Of a DNA stretch of 64,000 nucleotides, positions 56,083-64,000 are shown one piece after another. Each line of letters starts with the position of its first letter. Position 1 is the stretch's first letter. Below the pieces are notes generated by a model, which had not been told where the DNA came from, ran no database searches, and worked only from the letters and a program-made list of their open reading frames with translations. The stretch spans positions 10,601 to 74,600 of the forward strand of contig JALSQX010000071.1 in assembly GCA_026985075.1 (NCBI GenBank), read 5' to 3'. A program made the position numbers and the translations under genes. The stretch comes from Blastocatellia bacterium (GTDB lineage Bacteria > Acidobacteriota > Blastocatellia > HR10 > J050).

Positions 56083-58041
56083 ATGGCAGCGGAGAAAATC
56101 CTCATCATCGATGACTCTCCCATCGACGCGCGATTTGCGTCAAAACTCCTCACCGAAGCCGGCTACCAAACGACCATCGTCCACGATAGTCTGGAGGCCC
56201 TGGGGACGGCGAGAGAATTGCGTCCGGATCTCATTCTCCTGGATGTGACCATGCCCAAGATGGACGGATATCAGGTCTGTCGGCAACTGAAGGCCGATCC
56301 TCAGACGCGGAATATCCCCACCGTGCTTTACACGATTCGGGATCAGTTCATCGATTGTCTGCGGGGGATCGAGGCTGGGGCCGATGATTTCATCATCAAA
56401 TCGCTCAGCGGCGAAGATTTTCTCAATCGGGTCAAGAGAATTCTATCGGAGTGGGAGATTGGATTGGGTAGTTCGGTAGAAGGCGTTGATCTGGAATTGC
56501 TCAAACCTTTACAGGAGATCGAAGACCGGAAGGCGCTGGTCAATGCGCTCTACAGCGCGTTCAATAAGCACGTCCGTGAAACGATGAACGTCTTCTTGGG
56601 CTCCCATGTCACCAGCGTGCTCGTCGACCGGGCCATCGAGAAGACGGCAGTAGAACACCCAGTCTTTCGCCACTTGGATAGCAGTCAGTTGATGGGCATG
56701 TTACTTGATCCCCGGATGATCGAAGGGACCTCGACCGAAGAGATCATCGGGGCGTTCATCCGGTTCAACCGGGAATTAATTCAACTGGTGACCAAGCTGA
56801 CCAGAACGCGCCCCAGCGGGCCGAAAGAGGCGCGCGGCATTCTCAAGGGCGTCTCCGATATGGTTCGCGAATTGGGCGCCCAATATGAGGAGTTGAAAGC
56901 GCGAGCGGTACCGCCGCCTCCAACCGAAGAAGCCTCCCCCACGCCGGTGGCCGAACCCGCACCGGTGGCCATCTCCGAGCCCATGAACGCCGATTGTACG
57001 ATTGATGGCCAGGGGCATTTGATTTACGCCAATGACGACCTGGTTCGCGTCCTCGGCTATAGCAAGGAGGAGTTGCTGGGACGGCGGATCAGTGAACTCG
57101 TCGATGAGCAGAGTAAACCAATGCTCAATCGAGCGCTGGGCCAAGTCCGGGATGAAGGGTCGGGGGCGACCAAGTTGATTCTGAGGAGCAAGTCGGGAGG
57201 GATCGTGCACGCCGAGGCTCGGATGACCGCCCTCTACGACGCTCAGGGCCAATTCGCCATGACCCGCTGCAACCTCCTGATCATTCCGACTACACAGTTG
57301 CTTCAGGAGCGAGATCGAGAAGTGGAACGGCTCAAGCACGCCCTTCAGGAAATGAGCGAGGAATTCGGAGTCCTGGCGTCCACCATCTCGCATGATTTAC
57401 GTCAGCCACTTCACGCCATCCTGGTGCTCTGTCAGTTCCTCAGGGATGAGTACCTCCATCATCTCGACGAACAGGCTCAGGGCTATATTCGCTCCATCGA
57501 ACAGGCGGGCACCAGGATGAAGGAAATGATCGAGGACCTCGTCCACTATGCGCGGATCACCTCAGCAACGAATGCTTACGAAGACGTTCCTCTCGATGCA
57601 TTGCTGGGACAGGTCAGGGATGAGTTGAGCGAGATGATCCAGCAGCGGAACGTTCGCCTCCAGGTGATGGGCGAATGGCCTACAGTGACCTGTGACCGGG
57701 AGCGCATCAAGGAATTGTTCAAGGAGCTCATCACCAATGCCATCAAGTTCAATGACCAGGCCGAGCCGCGGGTGGAGATCGCCTTGGCGAAGGTCGATCC
57801 CGAGGGATATACCTTTTCAGTCAAGGACAATGGCATTGGTATTGAGGAGACCGAGCATGAGAATGTCTTTCGTCTGTTCTATCGGCTTCACAAACCAGAG
57901 GAGTATGGAGGAACGGGTGCCGGTCTGGCCATCTGCCGCCGAATTGTTGAGGCTCATGGAGGAAAGATCTGGGTCCGATCCCGACCGGGAGAGGGGACGA
58001 CCGTGCTCTTCACTCTCCCTCGGGAACTCCCTACCGCTTGA
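56083..58041 (+). CDS. Soluble hybrid sensor kinase REC-(unknown domain)-PAS-HisKA-HATPase
   Basis: ILIIDD, LLDVTMPKMDG, LGYSKEELLG, SHDLRQPL, NAIKF, DNGIGI, GTGAGLAI. Confidence 0.93.
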   Translation: MAAEKILIIDDSPIDARFASKLLTEAGYQTTIVHDSLEALGTARELRPDLILLDVTMPKMDGYQVCRQLKADPQTRNIPTVLYTIRDQFIDCLRGIEAGADDFIIKSLSGEDFLNRVKRILSEWEIGLGSSVEGVDLELLKPLQEIEDRKALVNALYSAFNKHVRETMNVFLGSHVTSVLVDRAIEKTAVEHPVFRHLDSSQLMGMLLDPRMIEGTSTEEIIGAFIRFNRELIQLVTKLTRTRPSGPKEARGILKGVSDMVRELGAQYEELKARAVPPPPTEEASPTPVAEPAPVAISEPMNADCTIDGQGHLIYANDDLVRVLGYSKEELLGRRISELVDEQSKPMLNRALGQVRDEGSGATKLILRSKSGGIVHAEARMTALYDAQGQFAMTRCNLLIIPTTQLLQERDREVERLKHALQEMSEEFGVLASTISHDLRQPLHAILVLCQFLRDEYLHHLDEQAQGYIRSIEQAGTRMKEMIEDLVHYARITSATNAYEDVPLDALLGQVRDELSEMIQQRNVRLQVMGEWPTVTCDRERIKELFKELITNAIKFNDQAEPRVEIALAKVDPEGYTFSVKDNGIGIEETEHENVFRLFYRLHKPEEYGGTGAGLAICRRIVEAHGGKIWVRSRPGEGTTVLFTLPRELPTA

Positions 58042-58126
58042 ATATCGGATGGGTCGCTCCAATACCCATTCGGCATCATCGCTCGTCGATTAATCGCACG
58101 ACAAACCACGATTCGATATCACGGGC

Positions 58127-59899
58127 ATGGATCTCCGAAGTGAATGGTTGAATCGCGCGTGGAAGCGGAGCAAGAGCGTCTTAATGGCGGCCGACTTTTC
58201 CCGGCGATTCAACCGGTTCATGATCGCGGTGACGCTCGTCGCACTGGGCGTTGTGCTCATTGGTCAGGGATATCGCCTCCCCCTGGAGCCTGGTCAGAAG
58301 GTCCTCCGATGGCCCATTGACATTGCTCTCATCGTCGTCTTCCTCATCGATGGAGCGCGTTACCTCGCCCGTGGCCGTGAAAGATGGCCGGTCTGGTTGC
58401 GTTCGTGGCTGACATGGGTGGTGGGCGGAACGATCAGCCTGGTGGTGCTGGCGTCTGGTCTCCTCACCGTTCATGGGATCGCTACGATCATTCTCTATCG
58501 ACAGATTGTCGTCCTGCTGAGAATGATCGGGCGATCGCGAGTTGCACGAACCGTATTGGCAGAAGTGCGCCTGAAGCCGGCGCAGATGCTGGCGCTCAGC
58601 TTTTTATTCACCATTGGCGTGGGGACCTATTTCCTCACCTTGCCCGCGGCTACTGCTGATCAGCAGGGGGCTTCACTGCTGAACGCCTTGTTCACAGCGA
58701 CGTCGGCCACCTGTGTGACCGGACTCATCGTCGTCGATACGAGCACCTATTGGTCGCGCTTCGGGCAAACGGTGATCCTCATTCTCATCCAGATTGGCGC
58801 TCTCGGCATCATGACGATATCCACGTCGGCGGGGTTGCTCTTAGGCCGTCGATTAGGGCTCCGGGAACGCGTGGTGCTCCACGAAATCTTCGATGAGGCA
58901 ATGGCCGAGGAACTCATCCGGCTCATTCGAAATATCGTGAAGTTGACGATAGTGATCGAGCTGGTGGGATTCGCCCTTCTCGTGGTGAAGTTTGCGGGGC
59001 GTATGCCGCGTTGGACGGAAACCCTCTATCAAGCGGTGTTTCACTCCGTGTCGGCTTTTTGCAATGCTGGTTTTTCACTCGCTTCGGATAGTCTGATGAA
59101 GTTCGTCGATGACCTCGGCGTGAACCTCATCATCAGCACGCTGATCATCCTGGGAGGATTAGGATATGCAGTGCTCGGGGGACTCTCGTCGCTGTGGCCG
59201 ATGAAGCGGTCCATCCGGTTGGGGTGGAAGGCGCTGTCGCTGCACGCGAAGTTGACGCTGGTCACATCGCTCGTGCTCATCAGCCTGGGGACGGTTCTGT
59301 TTTTCTTCTTTGAATTCGACAACACGCTCCTCCATTTGCCCTTGAAGGATCAGATCGTGGCGGCCTATTTTCAGTCCGTGACGGCGCGCACTGCCGGTTT
59401 CAATACGGTGGACATCGGTCAGTTGAAGCCAACGACGTTATTCGTCCTCATGATTCTCATGTTCATCGGGGCGTCGCCGGGCTCGACGGGAGGGGGGATC
59501 AAGACGACGACGGTTGCTGTTCTGATCTTGTCGGTTCGATCGATTGTGCGCCAGCGCGAGGAGGTGGAAGCCTTTGGCCGCACCATCTCGCGAACGATGA
59601 TCTACAAGGCGGCGGCCATCGCCGTCATCTCCCTCGGCGTGGTGCTCACCCTGTTCCTCATACTTCTTGCTGTCGAGCAAGGTGATTTTCTGGCGCTCGC
59701 CTTCGAGGCCGTTTCTGCCTTTGGGACAGTGGGATTGAGCATGGGCATCACTCCGCAATTGACGGTATGGGGCAAGCTGATCATCATTACCATGATGTAC
59801 GTTGGTCGGATTGGACCGTTGACTCTGGCCTTGGCGATCGGGGAACCGGAGCGCCGGCTCCGCATCGCTTATCCTCAGGGTCGCGTATGGATCGGGTGA
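58127..59899 (+). CDS. ktrB: KtrB/TrkH K+ uptake membrane subunit with N-terminal extension
   Basis: SATCVTGL, AFCNAGF, RTAGF, FGTVGLS, GSTGGGIKTTT. Confidence 0.9.
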   Translation: MDLRSEWLNRAWKRSKSVLMAADFSRRFNRFMIAVTLVALGVVLIGQGYRLPLEPGQKVLRWPIDIALIVVFLIDGARYLARGRERWPVWLRSWLTWVVGGTISLVVLASGLLTVHGIATIILYRQIVVLLRMIGRSRVARTVLAEVRLKPAQMLALSFLFTIGVGTYFLTLPAATADQQGASLLNALFTATSATCVTGLIVVDTSTYWSRFGQTVILILIQIGALGIMTISTSAGLLLGRRLGLRERVVLHEIFDEAMAEELIRLIRNIVKLTIVIELVGFALLVVKFAGRMPRWTETLYQAVFHSVSAFCNAGFSLASDSLMKFVDDLGVNLIISTLIILGGLGYAVLGGLSSLWPMKRSIRLGWKALSLHAKLTLVTSLVLISLGTVLFFFFEFDNTLLHLPLKDQIVAAYFQSVTARTAGFNTVDIGQLKPTTLFVLMILMFIGASPGSTGGGIKTTTVAVLILSVRSIVRQREEVEAFGRTISRTMIYKAAAIAVISLGVVLTLFLILLAVEQGDFLALAFEAVSAFGTVGLSMGITPQLTVWGKLIIITMMYVGRIGPLTLALAIGEPERRLRIAYPQGRVWIG

Positions 59900-59943
59900 A
59901 CCAGCTCGTCGATTGTGGAGCACAGTGACGGAGGGGAAGACAG

Positions 59944-60645
59944 ATGGAGTTATTTGCCGTCATTGGACTGAAGCGGTTCGGTTATCGGGTGGCCCGATCG
60001 CTGACCGAAAAGGGCGGGGAAGTGATCGCCATCGATATCGATCCGCAACTCGTCGAAGCCGCCAAGGATTATGTGACTCAGGCCATCTGCCTGGATGCCA
60101 CTGATGAACAGGCCATGCGGGCGGCCGGACTGGCTGACGTGACCACGGCCGTGGTCGCCATCGGCGGGAATCGAGAGGCCTCTATTCTCTCGACGGCCAT
60201 CCTGCATCGGTTGGGCGTGGGTCGGATCATCGCGCGCGCCGGATCGCTTCTCCATGCCCAGATATTGGAGGCCGTGGGGGCGCACGAGGTGCTCATCATC
60301 GAAGACGAGATGGGCGAGGAGCTGGCGCGAAAGATCATTCACCGGGATATCGTCGAGCGAACGCGACTGGCCCTGGATACGGAGATCATCCAGATACAGG
60401 CGCCTCACTGGATGGTCGGCAAGACGCTGGCGGCGCTGGATCTGCGGAAGCAGTATCGGCTCAACGTCATCGGGTTGAAGCGACGAGTGCCCGTCGTCGA
60501 TGATTATGGGGAAACTCACTATGAGACCCAGTTCATCAATCTGCCCGATCCCTATGATGAGATCAACCGCGATGACATTTTGATTCTCACCGGGTCGACG
60601 GAATCCATCGAACAGTTGCTTCGCGAGAGCGAGGAGGGAGCGTGA
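59944..60645 (+). CDS. ktrA: KtrA/TrkA RCK regulatory subunit
   Basis: AVIGLKRFG, VIAID.D, DATDE; TrkA_C GKTL..LDLR. Confidence 0.9.
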   Translation: MELFAVIGLKRFGYRVARSLTEKGGEVIAIDIDPQLVEAAKDYVTQAICLDATDEQAMRAAGLADVTTAVVAIGGNREASILSTAILHRLGVGRIIARAGSLLHAQILEAVGAHEVLIIEDEMGEELARKIIHRDIVERTRLALDTEIIQIQAPHWMVGKTLAALDLRKQYRLNVIGLKRRVPVVDDYGETHYETQFINLPDPYDEINRDDILILTGSTESIEQLLRESEEGA

Positions 60646-62021
60646 GACGCCTGAGCGTGATGCCCTTACGGAGAGTCGTTCAGAGCTATTCGATTCGAAC
60701 GCGCATCTCGCTGGGATTGATGTTGGTCGTGGCCATATTCATTCCCATCACGGCGGCCTCACTCTATTACGTCAACGAGTTATTCGCCGACATCGAACGG
60801 GCCGAATATCACGCCAATGTGGCTCGGGCCGCGGAAGATGTGGAAGTGGGCATCGTTCGCCTCCGCCAGTTGGAGAAGAGTTTCCTGCTCGCTCCCGGCG
60901 TCGAGCCGCAACGGGCGCACGCCGACCAACTGAACAAGGTTCGTCAGATTCTGGCCGATCTTCGGCGTCGAGTTCGACAAGAAGACGCTCCAGATCTGAA
61001 CGATCTCGACGACCAGTTGACGCTCTACGAATCGACGGCTCGGGTGCTCTTTGCCCGCGCCCGGCAATACGAGACATCGTTGACTGCCTCGGCCAAGGAA
61101 CGCGTGTTGGAATTTCGCCGCCGGTTGGACGAGCTGCTGAAGGAAGCGCGCCGTCAGGAACGACGTGAGCGCTCCCCGGCCGGCTCGCCGATCAATGCGT
61201 CGCCTCCCGATCCCTACCAGCAAATCGTCGACTCCATGGAGACGTTCGAAAAGTTCATTCTCTCTGTCCGAGAGCGACAAAATCCCGAGATGACGCAATT
61301 AGTCGCCAATCTCAGGCGCATCAGCGATCGCATGATTCGATCTGCAGAAACGGTGGCCGCGCGTCACTGGGACCTCTTGGAAAAGAGTCGCCACCGAGCC
61401 GAACTGTTGCGCGCGCGCGCCCGCCGAAACGTGATCACCGGCTTGATGATCACTCTGTTGGCCGCTGCCGTGCTGCTCGTCACCTTACCCAATCGCATCG
61501 TCGCCCCCGTACAGCGATTGACTGGCATGGCCCAGCGCATTCGTCGCGGTGAAGTCGTCGCCGTGAGCGAAATCCGGCTCGCTGACGAAGTGGGCCGGCT
61601 CGCCGAAGCTCTCGATGAGCTGGTCAAGCATTTCCATCGGCTGGATCGAACCAAGTCGGCCAAGATCGCCGAGCGAACGCGAGCCATTCAAATTCTCCTC
61701 GATCAACTCTCGACGCCGACGGTCGTTGTTGATACTACGGGAGCAATTCATCAATGGAACGAAGCATTCCGCAACCTGGTCACTCGGGAAGAAAAAGCCC
61801 TCGCTGGACGCTCGATATACGATCTGCTCGGTCTGTCCCCGGAGGAAACCGCTGAATTCAGCGAACGCCTGCATGTGGGGGCGCGCCGGAGCTGGTCCAT
61901 TCGGGCCAAGCCAGGGAGCGAGGAGTCGCTGAAATTAGAAGTGAAAGCCGTTCCCACCACGGAAGAGATTCATCCGGCTCGCATCATCTTATTTTTCCAT
62001 CGATCGAAGGTGAAGGGATGA
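60642..62021 (+). CDS. Membrane sensor-like protein (2 TM, HAMP, PAS) without kinase domain
   Basis: Two TM helices, PVQRL..DEVGRLA HAMP, VVD..G.I..WN.AF PAS; no H/N/G boxes. Confidence 0.75.
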   Translation: MRRLSVMPLRRVVQSYSIRTRISLGLMLVVAIFIPITAASLYYVNELFADIERAEYHANVARAAEDVEVGIVRLRQLEKSFLLAPGVEPQRAHADQLNKVRQILADLRRRVRQEDAPDLNDLDDQLTLYESTARVLFARARQYETSLTASAKERVLEFRRRLDELLKEARRQERRERSPAGSPINASPPDPYQQIVDSMETFEKFILSVRERQNPEMTQLVANLRRISDRMIRSAETVAARHWDLLEKSRHRAELLRARARRNVITGLMITLLAAAVLLVTLPNRIVAPVQRLTGMAQRIRRGEVVAVSEIRLADEVGRLAEALDELVKHFHRLDRTKSAKIAERTRAIQILLDQLSTPTVVVDTTGAIHQWNEAFRNLVTREEKALAGRSIYDLLGLSPEETAEFSERLHVGARRSWSIRAKPGSEESLKLEVKAVPTTEEIHPARIILFFHRSKVKG

Positions 62022-62073
62022 TGAGGCGGTAGTCGAACCGGGGCCTCATCGCGTTCTGATGGCCGATCACCCT

Positions 62074-63576
62074 TCATCGGCGGCGAACCGAACGCCACAC
62101 TTGCGGATGAAAGAGAACGAGAACGGTCATCACTTCCAATCGACCAATCCACATGTTGATGAACAGGAAGAACTTGCTGATCGGGTGAAGATGCGCGTAA
62201 TTGACCATTGGGCCGACGGCGTTGAATCCCGGACCGATATTACCCAGTGTGGCGATGCTCGCCGTTATGCCGGTGAGCAGATCAGTTCCCAACGAGATCA
62301 CAACTGTCGTACTGAAGATGAAGGCGAGAAGGTAGAGCAGGAGAAAGGCGATGATGGAGCGCATGATCTCGGGGGCGACGAGGCGGGTGCCGAGGCGAAT
62401 CGGTTTCACAGCATGAGGATGAATGGCTTTGAACAGCTCGCGGTAGGCGTATTTGGCGATGAGCAGAAGGCGAACGACTTTGGGGCCGCCAGCGGCCGAT
62501 CCGGCGCAACCGCCAATGAACATGAGCATCAGGAGGACGATCTTGGCCTGATCGCTCCACAGATTGAAATCATCAGTGGCGAAGCCGGTGGTGGTCAAAA
62601 TGGTCAGAACCTGAAACAGCGCCAACCGCACGAGCGTGAATGGCGAGGCTCCATCCAGGGGGGCATTCGTTTCAGCAGAGAGATAGCTCGGTGGCAGATG
62701 GTGGGAGAATCGATACAACGCCATCCCCAATATAACGGCGCCTCCCAGGACGAAGAGACTATACAAGCGAAATTCCTCGTCTCGGAGGAGTCGTTGGGGC
62801 TCCCCACGAAGCGCGCGATAGTGAAGCGAGAAGTTCGATCCGGCGAGGAACATGAACACGATGACGATCCATTCTGCGGCGGGATTGCCGTAGCCACCGA
62901 TACTCTCGGGATGGGGCGAGAATCCTCCCGCGGCCAGCGTGGTGAAGGAATTGCAGATGGCGTCGTAGAGGGGCAGACCGGCCAGCACGAGCAAAAGGAC
63001 TTCCGCTCCGGTGAGCCCCGCATAGAGCGTCCACAGCGCAATGGCCGTGTGGCGAATGCGGGGCGTGAGACGCTCTTCGTCCGGGCCCGGCGCCTCGGCG
63101 AAGAAGAGCTGACGACCGGCAATGGCCAGCTTGGGAAGAATGGCGATGAACAGAGCGATGACGCCCATTCCTCCCAACCATTGAGTGAGCCCGCGCCAGA
63201 AAAAGAGGCCCCGCGAGTAGGCATCGAAGTGTTGAAGAACGGTAGCGCCGGTCGTAGTGAATCCGGACATTGATTCGAACAAGGCATCCATCACTCCCAG
63301 GCCCGCCCAGATGTAGGGAATGGCCCCGAATATGGCGACGACCAGCCAGGAGAGAGCGACGACGGCCAATCCTTCGACTCGCGTCAATTCTTCGCCACCG
63401 GGATGACACCGTCTGGCCATCTCGCCGATGAGGCTGGCGCTCACGCCGGCGATGATGAACCCACCGCTGGCTTCTCCCTGCCCGGAGGTCCATTCGACGA
63501 GCAGAGGAAGCACCATCACGGCACCGAAGTACCGGAGAATGAACCCCACTGTATGAGTGACGAGGGCGAGGCGCAT
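62074..63576 (-). CDS. trkH: TrkH potassium uptake protein
   Basis: FESMSGFTTTGAT, WLGGMG, GGFSP, TTTGF, GGPKVVR, LGNIGPG, GRLE. Confidence 0.95.
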   Translation of the reverse strand: MRLALVTHTVGFILRYFGAVMVLPLLVEWTSGQGEASGGFIIAGVSASLIGEMARRCHPGGEELTRVEGLAVVALSWLVVAIFGAIPYIWAGLGVMDALFESMSGFTTTGATVLQHFDAYSRGLFFWRGLTQWLGGMGVIALFIAILPKLAIAGRQLFFAEAPGPDEERLTPRIRHTAIALWTLYAGLTGAEVLLLVLAGLPLYDAICNSFTTLAAGGFSPHPESIGGYGNPAAEWIVIVFMFLAGSNFSLHYRALRGEPQRLLRDEEFRLYSLFVLGGAVILGMALYRFSHHLPPSYLSAETNAPLDGASPFTLVRLALFQVLTILTTTGFATDDFNLWSDQAKIVLLMLMFIGGCAGSAAGGPKVVRLLLIAKYAYRELFKAIHPHAVKPIRLGTRLVAPEIMRSIIAFLLLYLLAFIFSTTVVISLGTDLLTGITASIATLGNIGPGFNAVGPMVNYAHLHPISKFFLFINMWIGRLEVMTVLVLFHPQVWRSVRRR

Positions 63577-63761
63577 GAGACATCACTGTGATGCTCAGCC
63601 TACCGTGTATGGTCCGGGACCGGCCGCTCTCCATCCTGTCGATCGGGCAGCGAAGCTTCGGAGATAGGCGGAGATCCCGCCTCTCCGGTGGGGACGCTCA
63701 CTGCCCGGCTGTGACCGCTCGCTGCTCCGCGACCGATGGAGCATGGAGGCCGAGACATATG

Positions 63762-63998
63762 TCATGTTTCTGACCGAAGGAAGAATTTTCGTACCGCTTG
63801 GCTCGCTTCTTGAGTGCAAAAGATGAACAGTCTATCCCCCGGTTGAATGGTGTCCTCTCCATGAGGCACAATGGTTCGATTCCCGCTCTGGACGGCGGCG
63901 ATGATGGCGTCATGAGATCTGGGCAGGTGTTTGATTCTGGTCGCAGGGAAGTCCTCCGGCAGAACCAGCTCCAGGACGTCACCTTTCCCCTGTTCGAT
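63762..63998 (-). CDS. trkA: TrkA C-terminal fragment (gene continues beyond window)
   Basis: Manual translation ...GKGDVLELVLP...AIIAAV...IVPHGEDTIQPGDRLFIF. Confidence 0.8.
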   Translation of the reverse strand: MEQGKGDVLELVLPEDFPATRIKHLPRSHDAIIAAVQSGNRTIVPHGEDTIQPGDRLFIFCTQEASQAVRKFFLRSET

Positions 63999-64000
63999 CG

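Overview
Bacterial DNA of about 60% GC (estimated by eye). The gene repertoire suggests Acidobacteriota (inference). (1) 1-31 kb is an entirely minus-strand uptake/catabolic island. It encodes two TonB receptors, two GntR/UTRA regulators, two DUF3386-type proteins, a diheme cytochrome c, a UGA-readthrough (selenocysteine) TlpA, two Cys-less nitrilase-fold enzymes, a cyclic amidohydrolase, MmgE/PrpD and a citryl-CoA synthetase/lyase-like set. I propose, as inference, that it degrades tetrapyrrole- or maleimide-derived substrates. (2) An unassigned, highly structured ~170-nt RNA candidate lies behind a multi-HTH gene, followed by thiD and ETF-QO. (3) An HTH-ParA-Rep-like cassette has a Rep gene containing two arrays of the 12-bp palindrome TTGAACGTTCAA plus an AT-rich tract, at the point where gene orientation flips (candidate replicon origin). 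(4) Housekeeping genes. (5) A Crp/Fnr-linked, frameshifted secreted metzincin with TPR partner genes and a duplicated orphan C-terminus (polymorphic toxin-like). (6) An FG-GAP protein, niaR-nadA, a hybrid kinase and two convergent Trk/Ktr K+ uptake systems. No rRNA, tRNA, CRISPR array, integrase or transposase was seen.
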